Source: Lenisia limosa
Lineage: Eukaryota; Protista; Breviatea
Length of the DNA: 33,755 nt
Assembly: GCA_001655205.1 (NCBI GenBank)
Contig: LPNZ01010658.1
Span: forward strand, 1-33,755
Direction: 5' to 3'
The notes under the pieces are model-generated. The model worked only from the letters and a program-made list of their open reading frames with translations. It was not told where the DNA came from and made no database searches. Below are positions 1 through 11,400 of the stretch, piece by piece. The translations under genes were made by a program, and so were the position numbers. The first letter of the stretch is position 1. Each line of letters begins with the position of its first letter.

Positions 1-718
1 CCCGGGACCCCCCAGCAACCTATGTTGAGCGAGTGTTACGTTCGAGTGCACCGAAGTTCGACCCTCCCATAGCCTTAGACGCAGCGGTTGGTTTTTGGAA
101 ACTCCACATACTATCATAATTAATATTATAATGGTGTGGACTGCTTAGACCACCTTGTTTTATTTCTCATCGCTCTCTCTTTATACATATATATATAGCT
201 ATAATATAAAAATCATATTCCAAGGGGCTTTTGAATATATTTTTTGGTGCAGAGTGAATGCTACTCTGCTTTCATATGAAAGTGACCTCGTTCTGATAAT
301 ATCACTAGGACTTTAAGGGCTTTAATTCAAATCCTTCGTGAGAAGTTTCAGTCAAAATAGTAAATAGTACATTAACAATTCAAAGTAATTTCCCCTAGTA
401 TTGCTTAGGTATCCGTCAACTACTATTTTTGCGCTTGAGAGCTTATTTTTCAGATCCGCGGGCTTCAGCCACTCTGGGAGGAGGAGATGGACTGATTATG
501 GTTTTTGATGGTTTCCACTGATTCTATTTCTAATGTATTTTTTTTGCTCTCAGAAATCACCACTTTAAAAAATGTTAACTTGATATTTTGTCCATATAAT
601 CTGAGAATTCAACCAACATAGCCAATTGGTCAATTCCTCGATTATTATTATCTGAGAATATTTGTGATACTCAAAATTCAGTAAACAGAATAAACTTAAA
701 AATACATAGCAACACAAC

Positions 719-2187
719 CTAGATGAAATAAGGGAACCAGCTGAGATCCATAGGACCAAGGATCGACTCACACCCATAGTGCCTATTATCTCCAGCATAT
801 TGCTTCATGACTGGTGTGGTCCTGCATCAGTTATGGGTATTCTGGATTGAAGAGCCCCACCAGTTTGAGAAGGGACGGAAATCTTCAAAATTCTTTACTG
901 CGTCATAATGAGCGTACCTGGAAACATGTTTAGCTAAATAAGAAGATGCATTTTCTTGTCATTCAATGTTGCACCATTACTTTTCTCATACCATAAGGGG
1001 AATTCTGACCCAGCAGTGAAGGATTCTCCCATGATAGGAACCCACTAGAGTGTTAGTAGCAACCACGAAAACTGAGAGGTGTAAAGGACTGTAATCTCAA
1101 GAATGTGAACCTGGGATTTTGAGGTGTATATACCAATGCGAACGCCGTAGGACTTCAGCTGCTTCACTTGTCTGAATAGTAACTTTTAAACCATCAATTG
1201 TGCAATTTGGCCAAACGGGGGCAAGCTAAAATTATCTGATTACAAATAAGGGTACAAACCTATTGAAAAAGTCACGGTTGAAATCGACATCTTTCCAGTA
1301 CTGTGTACCTTCAATATCCTAGGACAGTTAACACAACGGCGCTGTACGCAAGGATGGGAACCCCATCCCCTATTTTTTTACAATATAAATTCAAAACAAT
1401 ATAGTTTCAAAGTTTTTGAAAAATGGAAGGATGCATGATAGATATACTAATCTGGTATAATATTACAAGCGGCAAATAAGGTGAAATGAAAATGGTTGCA
1501 GCTTACAAGCCAAATCATAGGAGGCTTCATGTTCTCTTTTTTGAGGTAAGTCATCATTTCGTCAATCTAACACGTTAGTAATCGACAGCCAGCGATATGA
1601 ACGACAGATAATTTGATTGGCAACCCTTACTCACCTGAGTTTCGGGGGACTTCGATGAATGAGGGTCGGGGAAGATGTAAATATCAACACGAGGAATCTT
1701 GGCTAAAAACGTCAGGATGCGCGAAATAATTCATATGAAGATGGGTGGCGAGTGGTTTCATAATAGCAGCATTTTTTTTTTTAAAAAAAAAACCGACAAT
1801 TGTCACCATCAGTGCCGATTGTGTTGTGAGTGAAAACAACTCAAACTCACCAGCAAGAGCATTGTTGTAAGTGGTAGCGCATCTGGGATCCACCGAGCCG
1901 ATAGATCTATAGCAGCGCACAATACCCCAAATACGTCCGGTCTTTTGGATGCATTCCAAGCCTGTCAAATTACAAAGGAGATTGACAGGGATGAAGAGGA
2001 AATTATGGAAGCTGTACCATTTCAATTCACTTTCTAGTTTTTATTCGACAATGTGATAATTATTAGCCATAATAAAACTGCAGCGCATACCTGCAATGGT
2101 AGAGTCTTGTGAAATGTCAAAGCATTCAAAAGCCCAAGTGGTAACAACAACTGCAAAGAGCAAAATAAGGCAAGAAAGCCTGCTCAT
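719..2187 (-). CDS. Secreted glycoside hydrolase family 25 lysozyme (Lys1-like muramidase), 9 exons, 222 aa
   Basis: Hand-spliced exons (minus strand): 2187-2091, 1961-1851, 1702-1635, 1566-1507, 1318-1260, 1171-1111, 1044-992, 917-861, 821-719. All introns are GT-AG with consistent phases; total 669 nt. Protein: MSRLSCLILLFAVVVTTWA-FECFDISQ...IVRCYRSIGSVDP...VDIYIFP...IWLDIEGTQYW...GIYTSKSQW...PLWYAHYD...FRPFSNWTTPVMKQYAGD...MDLSWFP. It has a signal peptide, an N-terminal Asp (FDIS), the catalytic DxE (WLDIE) and the GIYT, LWYAHYD and KQY motifs typical of protist/nematode GH25 lysozymes (motif recognition, no database search). Confidence 0.9.
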
Positions 2188-2413
2188 ACTAAAAGGAAAC
2201 TAGCTTGGGGACTTGGGGAAAAAGAAAAGAACAAAAGAGTATAATTACGGTACCAGGGGTGACCCACTTGAAAAGGCGAAAGCAAATGATAGATATATAG
2301 TAGATATTATATATGTTGAAAGCTGTTGTTAATACTATATAAATATGTTTCTAGCGTAATTTTTGCTTCAAAGGCCTTTCTCAGTTTTTCAGCTCTTTTT
2401 TGGCCCTTCTCAA
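2188..2413. promoter_or_regulatory. Probable bidirectional promoter and 5' UTRs between divergent genes
   Basis: Only 226 bp separate the ATG at 2187 (-) from the ATG at 2414 (+). AT-rich, with TATATAAA at 2336-2343, TATTATATAT near 2306-2314 and a direct repeat CTTGGGGA x2 at 2204-2219. Confidence 0.55.
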
Positions 2414-2473
2414 ATGAAGGGCCCTATTTGGCCTTTGGTGTTCTTGCTGCTCCTTATTTCTTATTCATATGCA
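2414..2473 (+). other. Signal peptide of the giant protein
   Basis: MKGPIWPLVFLLLLISYSYA: basic N-terminus, hydrophobic core, small residues at -3/-1, followed directly by the first CPPG repeat. Confidence 0.75.
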
Positions 2474-5400
2474 ATTAGTTGCCCTCCTGGAGAGTTTTGG
2501 GAATCTACTCTCGATGAGTGTGGCGATTGCCCTTCTGGACACTAGTAAGCTTCTCTCCGCTTTATCTATGAGCTTATATGTTCTAGTAACACTTTTTAGT
2601 TGCCTTGGAGGTCAAACAGCAGCAGTACCTTGTCCCATTGGTACAGGATCATCTGCATTGAAAGCCCAACTTAGTGACACTTGTGTGGTATGCGTTGGAT
2701 CCCATTGCAATGTTTCCTGCCTTACCGTTCACACCTTACTGGGGTTTTTTTTTGTTTTTATGATTTTTAAATGATTCTATGGAGTGACATATCTTTTATA
2801 CATTTACTATTTACCTACTGTTGCCTGTCTTTTATACACTTACTATTTACCCAGTTGCCTGTCTTTTTCTGTTCATTGTATGAAAAACTTCATAGTGGTN
2901 NNNNNNNNNNNNNNNNNNNNNNNNNNNNNNNNNNNNNNNNNNNNNNNNNNNNNNNNNNNNNNNNNNNNNNNNNNNNNNNNNNNNNNNCCCTGACACCGTG
3001 TACAGTGGGCACGTATTCAATCGCCGGCATGTCATCCTGTGATCCTTGTCCGGCAGGCTTCAGTTGTGCGTCAGTATCGGTATCCCCTGTGGCCTGTGTC
3101 AGCCCCAACTACTCCATTGAGGGCGATGAAAACTGCAACAGCTGTCCTGCTGGTTCGTACTGCCCGTCCACCAGCGAAGATAAAAAAGTGGGTTTGTGAC
3201 GGTGTATCGGCTGGTTTAACTGAGCTGGCCTTTTCATACATCTTTTTTGTTTGACCAATTCAGGCTTGTCCATCAGGGATGTACTCAGGNNNNNNNNNNA
3301 GGTTTTGTATATTTTTTAATTAATTGATTGAGCTTAAGTCAATGCTGATAGCGTTTAATTAAGTCAATGCTGATAGCGTTTAATTAAGTCAATGCTGATA
3401 ACGTTTAATTGATTGAGCTTAAGTCAATGCTGATAGCGTTTAATTGATTGAGCTTATGTCAATGCTGATAGCGTTTAATGATTGAGCTTAAGTCAATGCT
3501 GATATAGTTTAAATGAGCTTAAGTCAATGCTGATAGCGTTTAAATGATTGATCTTAAGTCAATGCTGATAGCGTTTAATTGATTGAGCTTCAGTCAATGC
3601 TGATAGCGTTAAAATGATTGAGCAGCAAGTCATTGCTGACAGCGTTTAAATGATCTCACAATACAGGCATGTCCATCGGGAATGTACTCCGTCGCCGGCT
3701 CGGTTGTTTGTTTGGACTGCCCTCCTGGGCACGAGTGCCCGACACCGTCATCGTTGCCTTCTTTCTGCAACGCAGGTACGCTTGAATTCAATTACTTCAT
3801 CAACATAACCTTAAAATGCTCTAATGGTAGCGTGCTCTATTGTTGACTTTTTTTACCAACAGTACTGGTATATTTATATTTAATTGTCACTTAGAAAGCG
3901 GTGTTCATTGAGCAAACAAATAATGGGTGATGGATATCATAGTATGTTACGAATCCAATATCTCTTCGAAGCGTGATAGTATGAACTGCTTTAGCCAGAT
4001 ATGACCTTGTTATCATATCGTATGATATCAAGGAATGTAGGTGACCAAAAGGGAAGACGCACATACTACAAAATTGACAACAAATAGGTTCATATTCTGC
4101 TGGTGGCCAGGTCATCACATGCTCCTCTTGTCCCGACGGTATGCCAAATTCTTTGCTTTTGATGACGTCACTAACCTTCCTTTTAAGGCATGTACCAAGA
4201 CTCGTCTACCATGTCCACCTGTATCTCATGCCCGGCCGGTCACTCGTGTTTGGATAAAGCGGTTGCTCCTTCGCAATGCTCTGCTGGTACTGCGTCCCCT
4301 GTGCTGGCCAGTTCCTGTCAAGCCTGTCTGCCAGGTGGGTGCCTCATGTTTTTGTGATGCCCACCATGTGAGACTATTTTATGTCGCATTATTATCCATT
4401 TTAGGCACATACAGTCTGATTGGTGCTTCGGCATGTATTGCGTGTCCGGCAGCCAAGCAATGCCCCTCTGTTTGTACGGGTGTACTACTGTAATTCTCAT
4501 ATAAAACCATCCCAGTATTGTGTAACCGATATCTACATGTATATGAAGTTTACCCTCTGTTCATGAGTTATCTGGACACTCACAACCCAGGTTAGCGCGG
4601 CTGTCGACTGTCCGATCGGAACCTACAGTGCCGGCGGCCTGCTTGCCTGCACAAGCTGCCCTAACGGCCAGGTTGTTAACGCCAATGCCGACGGATGTGA
4701 TAATTGCGCCGCCGGATTCTCCTGCCTTGCTAACGGCACCATGACTGCCTGTCCTTCGGGCCAATATTCTCTCCTTGGAGTGGACTCCTGTTCGCCTTGC
4801 CCGGCCGGAACGGAGTGTCCCAACACATCATCACGTCCGCTGCCGTGCTCCGTCGGTACGTATTCCATCGGAAGCCAGACTGCATGCACATCGTGTCCCG
4901 CCGGTAGCTCTTGTATCGACACTGCCGCACTGCCTTCCGTTATCCCTTCCGGCTACTATTCCCCTGATGGCGATGCCTTTAGCCACATCTGCCAGGCCGG
5001 ATATGCGTGTCCAGACACAGCACAACTTCCGGCGGTGTGCTCCGACGGCACATTCAGTTCGGCTGGTGCCGACTCCTGCACAGACTGTCCTTCAGGCTTT
5101 TTCTGTCCATCAGCTGACTCTCAGCCCGAGTCGTGTCCTTCTGGTTACCATTCGTTCGCCAATGCCACGATCTGTGATCTTTGTCCCGCTGGTTCTGAGT
5201 GCAGCAACGCTGCTATCGTTCCCGTGCCGTGTGTTGCGCCTAATTTCTCTCTCGATGGCGCGATCATGTGCTCCATGTGTCCTAAGGGTTTCAGTTGCGC
5301 GTCTACGTCTGTGGCACCGACGCCATGCGCGTCTGGGACCTACTCCCTAGAGAATGAGGCCGGATGCACTGACTGTCCCGTTGGAAGAGAGTGCCCACAC

Positions 5401-8400
5401 GCAACCGAACTTGGTCCTGCCTGTCAAGTCGGAACATATTCGGATAGTCTTGCCACCGCCGCATGTCTGCCATGCCCATCCGGACAGAGCTGTGCAACAG
5501 TGAGCGCCACACCCGTTGATTGTCCAGTCGGAAGCTATTCTTGGTCTGGTGTAGCCACGTGTGACCCGTGTCCTGCGGGATACGAATGTTCCGACTCTGC
5601 GCTTCCGACTATCTGTCCGCTCGGCTCATGGTCGCCGCCGTCGGCAACAGCGTGTTCTGCGTGTACACCAGGTTACGTCTGTCTGCCTGGGAGTACTTCC
5701 GCCACTCCTACTGACGCTGATTGTCCCGTCGGCTATTATTGCCCCGGACCTTCCGACAAGATTGCTTGTAGCGTTGGGACAGTTGGCACGATTGCGGGCC
5801 AAGCATCATCAGCTCTCGCCTGTTCCCCGTGTCCTGCCGGCAAAATGTGCCCAGTTTCCGGTCTGTCCGGCTCTCTTGACAGCCACATCTGTCCGGTAGG
5901 TCACTACTGTGTGGCCGGCACGGGTGCAACCGCGAGCCCCTGTGCCGCCGGAACTTACAACAATGAGCCTGGTGGAGCAAGTCCAGCTGTTTGCGACGTT
6001 TGTCCCGAAGGTTACTACTGCCCTGCCGGCTCTGCCGTTCCAATTGTCTGTCCCCAAACGTATTTCTGTCCCACCGGAAGCGGGCATTTGTCCGGTACGG
6101 AACAATGTTTGGCCGGAACGTATTCGGGCTCCGTCACTGGTCTAACTTCTTCCGGTGACTGTCAGCCCTGCCCGGCTGGCCACTATTGCCCGCTGGGCGC
6201 CCCGATGCCGCTCCCATGTTCCGCCGGCACGTACAACCCCGTCAGCAACGGACCGTCGGCTTTGTCATGTCTGTCATGCACCGCTGGTACAGCGTGTCCC
6301 TCAAGCGGACTGACCGCGCCAACCTCGGCGTGTGACGAGGGGCATTACTGCCCGGCTGGTGGGATATTGTGTTGTTATTCTGCATATGCATCCATAATTT
6401 ATACTACTATGTTCTATCAGACTTTTTTCTTCTCATATTCCCTCATCGTGTTTTTAACTTAACAGGTACGATCAATCCGAATGACAACCCCTGCGATGAA
6501 GGTTATTACGGACCCAGCACCTCTTTAGCCTCATCTACGTCCTGTCTACCATGCCCTGCTCGTGTGGCTTGTGCACAGGGAACAGGTGAGCAACTTCCAA
6601 GATATCGTGTCATTGTACTGAATATCTTCCAAGATGATATACAATAATGCCCCCCTCCCCCCAGGCGGTTTCGGTTCGGCAAGTCCGCCAAGCCCATGCG
6701 GGGCGGGTCACTACTGTTTACAAGGTACGCGGACGCCGACGCAGCGCAATTGTCCGAGAGGCACGTTCTCAGCCTCCACCAACCTGGCGTCTTCGGATGA
6801 GTGCACCCAATGCACCCCCGGGTATTATTGTTCCCCGGGGCGGAGCACCGAAACGGGCCTCTGTCAATATGGGTCGTACTGCCCGCTTGGTTGGGGGATA
6901 CGTTGCATTTAGTATGTACTATAGGAAAATGTTGTACAAATCTGGAACCACGAGAGTAACCCCTCCCCCCAGGTTCCGGTTACTCGAGTGGAGTATACTG
7001 CCCTGCAGGTACTTATATGGACGAACGCGGAGCCTATGCTGTGCATGAGTGCAAGAAATGCCCAGCTGGCAGCTATTGTCCCGAAGGTATGCTTAAGCAT
7101 GACGGACAATCTTCCCACTTATTTCTCTAACCGGCACTTCCGACCAATATCTCTAACCGGCATAGGCTCACAAGACCCGATTGAATGTCCGGAGCGGACC
7201 TTCGGCTCCACTGAGGGTCTTGGTGCATTAGCGCAGTGTCTGGACTGCCCTGCCGGTCACTATTGTACTGCCAACACTGCCGACCCGGCCGTGTGCCCAC
7301 CCGGTGGCTGGATGTTGTCATTATTATTTCCAGTTTCAGTATTTTTGATCATTGACGGTATATCTCACCAACTAGGTGAACACTCTGCCAGCCGGGCACT
7401 CAACTGCACCCAATGCCCTAGAGGCCATTATTGCCCCCACCATGCCACCTCCACGTCCGACATGGCGACGTCCTTCATCTGCGTCGCAGGACTTCTCTGT
7501 CCGCCCGGTCTCTCAGCTGAGCCGACGGGAGCCACTGTCGCGTGTCCCGTGGGCCATTACTGTCTCGAAGGTGCGGTGACCGGAACGCCCTGCCCCGCCG
7601 GCACGTACAACCCTGCCGTCCAGTCCAAAACTGAGGCTGAGTGCTCTACATGCCCCCCAGGATACTATTGTCTCGGAGGGAGCAACACTGTTTCAGGCGA
7701 GTGTGATCCGGGGTACTACTGCCCTGCCGGCTCGGATATGGCTCAAGAACAGCCGTGCCCGATAACCCGTTATAGAAACTTGCCTAAAGGGGAATCAGTT
7801 GCCGACTGTGCCAGTTGCCCTGCCGGAACTTCGTGTTCATCGCCCGGTAAGGCGGGTTTTGCGGATTTGGGTTCTTTGATCCGTTTTTTGGCTGCAAATA
7901 TTTTTTGTTCATGCTTTGATATTTGATTGACNNNNNNNNNNNNNNNNNNNNNNNNNNNNNNNNNNNNNNNNNNNNNNNNNNNNNNNNNNNNNNNNNNNNN
8001 NNNNNNNNNNNNNNNNNNNNNNNNNNNNNNNNNNNCACCGGAGTCAGTAACCCAGAGCCTTGTCCTGCTGGGTCGTACGGCAGCTCGCAAGGCCTCCGTA
8101 GTGTGGGCGAGTGCACCTATTGTCCTGGCGGAAAGTACTGTGAGGGAACAGGAATGTCGACATTCACTGGTCCGTGCCAGGCCGGGTTCTACTGTGTGGA
8201 GCGCGCTGAAACCGCAGCACCTGCGTCCTTACCGCAAGGTGGGGGGGGGGAGTCGTCTGTCATTCCTTTCATTTTCGGGTTTGGTCAATTTTTACACTCT
8301 CAACTAAATATGACCTTCATTCACGCACAACTAAACCTTCATTCACGCACAACTAAATATGACCTTCATTCACGCACAACAGGCGGTGTTTGTCCGACAG

Positions 8401-11400
8401 GAGGATATTGCCCCGAAGGTTCCGCAACTCCCGAGCCTTGTCCTGCTGGAAAGTACAACACAGTATCCGGCCGCACACAGCCGACTGACTGTATCGACTG
8501 TCCTGTTGGCCAATACTGTTCTGGAAGCAGCAATCCAGCGCCAACGGGTATTTGGGGTGATATCTCTTTCAGTTTTCGACTATTATCAAAATATCAGTGT
8601 ATATCAAGATGACTATTACCAAAATAGCAGTGTCTATCTGTGTATCAAGATGACTACTATCAAAATATCAGTGTGTACAAGATGACTACTATCACAATAT
8701 CAGTGTCTATCTTGTATCAAGATTTTTTTTTTTTTTTTCAAAGTTTTACGTTGTAGGCCCATGTCTCGCAGGCTTTTATTGCGACGGAGGGTCCAGCACT
8801 CCCATGCAGCATACCGCTCCCAACGGGACGTACACAGAAGAAGGCGACTCCAGCCCCCGACAATGCCCTGCTGGAACGTACAACCTCGATAGCGGGCAGT
8901 CAGTGTGCCCCGATTGCCCCGAGGGCTATTACTGTGATCTGCCTGGGACTAGTGTGCTCCAACAGTGTCCAGCAGGCAGCTACTGTCCGAGCGGGTCTGA
9001 TGCACCCATTCCATGTCCCGAAGGCACTTTCAGCAGCACTGCACAACTCAGCAACGTCACACAATGCAGCCCCTGCACACCAGGAAAATACTGCGACGCC
9101 GCCGGACTTCAGACCCCCACTGATGACTGTCTTGCGGGCTACTTCTGTGCCGGCGGCGATGACTCAGCCACCCCCGTCACGGTGTGCCCGGCTGGACACT
9201 ACTGCCAAGTCGGCACGCACACCCCAGAGCCTTGTCCCATCGGAACGTTCGCTGCCGCCACCGACGGCAAAGATGTTTCGCATTGCCAGCAGTGCAGTGG
9301 CGGCAAATTCTGCTCCAGTGCCGGGCTGAGCACGCCGACCGGCGACTGTGACGGCGGCTGGTATTGTTCCGGCGGCGCGTCCTCCAGCCAGCCCAATGAC
9401 GCCACCGGTGATGAGTGCACAGTCGGCCACCAGTGTCCTGCCGGCTCCGTGGCTCCGGTCGATTGTGCCGATGGAACTTACGCAGCCACCCCGGGCCTTG
9501 CCACGTGTACGCCTTGCCCAGAAGGCAACTTCTGCGAGACGCCATGGATTGCGCCCACACCATGTCCGGCTGGAAGCTATTGTACCACCAACTCCGGGCC
9601 GGATTACCCCGACTGTCCTGCCGGAACCTACAGCGCCACCGGAGGCAAGGCCAACCTTGTAGACTGCCAGGACTGCGACGCTAATAAGTACTGTGCCGGT
9701 CCGGGCAACACAGCCCCCACAGGCGACTGTGAAGCCGGCTTCGAATGTGTAGCCAAATGCGCGGACGCTCAGTGCAGCAATGCTGACGGCACCGGTGGAG
9801 CATGTCCCCAAGGGTCATTCTGTCTCGAGGGCACCCCTGCGCAGCTTTGTCCCGTCGGAACGTACGGTGCCTCCTCAGGGTATGTTGATGTGTTTAGATC
9901 TCTTAGTTTTTGGGAATTTAGTGACGCTTTAGATTAACTCTCGAGTCGGAGTGTTCCAAATGTCTAGGTGGCCGTTATTGCCCCTCCCCAGGTTGGTACC
10001 GTGCAAGGCTTAATGTGAGGGTTGGATACTATTTCGACACAAAAATTCGACGACTTTTCTTCATAAATCCACTAAAATCAGTTCAATTAGCCTCCTTTAA
10101 CACTCAATTGACACCATATTGTTCGTACCAGTAGAGATTCTTTTCTGCAGTCTGGTCTGGTTCGCGCTCTGTCCATCCAGCTTTGATCCCCTCGGGGGTC
10201 GTATGCTTGGGAAGGTTCTAAGCGTTATGATTGGGTTGTGACCGTTAATAAGTCGAATTTTTTTCTCTCACATTTACCTTACTTTTTAACACCTTACAGG
10301 TACGTTTGGGTGATTGAGCGGTTGGACTCTTCAAAGGCTGGCTCGGGCTTGTTTTTGTTTTTGTGTTTTTGTCATCTGGCTTTNNNNNNNNNNNNNNNNN
10401 NNNNNNNNNNNNNNNNNNNNNNNNNNNNNNNNNNNNNNNNNNNNNNNNNNNNNNNNNNNNNNNNNNNNNNNNNNNNNNNNNNNNNNNNNNNNNNNNNNNN
10501 NNNNNNNNNNNNNNNNNNNNNNNNNNNNNNNNNNNNNNNNNNNNNNNNNNNNNNNNNNNNNNNNNNNNNNNNNNNNNNNNNNNNNNNNNNNNNNNNGCAC
10601 TGCGGGGGCCACTACGGCCACGCCAACCGATGGTGTCACTGTGAGTTGATGGATCATATGATTCATAGTATTGTTGTTTCTGCGCAACTTCTTGAATCCA
10701 TATTGTTAATCTTCTTACTGACTCAATCAAAACGATGCTCACCTAACTAGGGGGACATTTGCCCTGCAGGCAGCTCGTGCATTGAAGGAGCTGCGGCTCC
10801 AGCCCCCTGTGCTGCCGGGTCCTACTCCTCTGCCGGCTTGGCCACATGTGAGGCGTGCCCCAAGAACTACTACTGCACCACCGGCAGCACGATGTACTTT
10901 GACAAGCCCTGTCCGACTGGCCACTACTGTCCCGAAGGCACAAAGTCGTCGTATGAATTCCCTTGTCCCGCCGGAACGTACAACACCTTTGGCCTGCAAA
11001 ACAACCCGTCGGCATGTAAGTCATGCCCGGCTGGGTCGTATTGCGGCTCCTCTGGTCTCGGGGCCGTCTCCGGGCCCTGTACAGCCGGGTACTGGTGCGC
11101 CAGTGCGGCCACCACCGCGACGCCAACCGACGGAACAACTGGCGATGAATGTGGAATCGGCGAGTTCTGTCCCGAGGGTTCCTCCGGTCCAACGCCTTGC
11201 ACGGCCGGCAGCTTCTGTGCCTCTCCTCGTCTAGGCGCCGTGACGGGACCATGCAAACAAGGGTTCTACTGTCCGACAGGGTCTACCACCGATCAGCCGA
11301 TCACAACTTGTCCTGCTGGCTCATATTGCCAGGCCGGGGCTGCCACCCCAACTCAGTGTCCTCCTGGCACTTTCTCCGTCTCTCCTGGCGCCACGTCATC

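Noticed and set aside
1-560. 3' end of an upstream gene (open frame RDPPATYVERVLRSS...HILS* at 3-119; possible exon IRGLQPLWEEEMD* near 455-496)
   Set aside because: Short, without recognisable motifs, and no consistent splice model could be built.
1772-1792. T11A10 perfect palindrome in lysozyme intron 2
   Set aside because: Simple homopolymer juxtaposition with no flanking structure suggesting a MITE.
3321-3655. CRISPR array
   Set aside because: Repeat units are contiguous with no unique spacers, the locus is a eukaryotic intron, and no cas genes are present.
3264-3775. Duplicated or mutually exclusive exon (ACPSGMYS starts at both 3264 and 3667)
   Set aside because: The first copy runs into an N gap followed by a plausible donor. 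It is more simply a neighbouring repeat-unit exon collapsed in the gap, and cannot be resolved without gap closure.
9992-10383. Intronic snoRNA or hidden element in an unusually long intron
   Set aside because: Only a tiny hairpin near 10185-10200. No convincing C/D or H/ACA boxes, and the adjacent gap blocks assessment.
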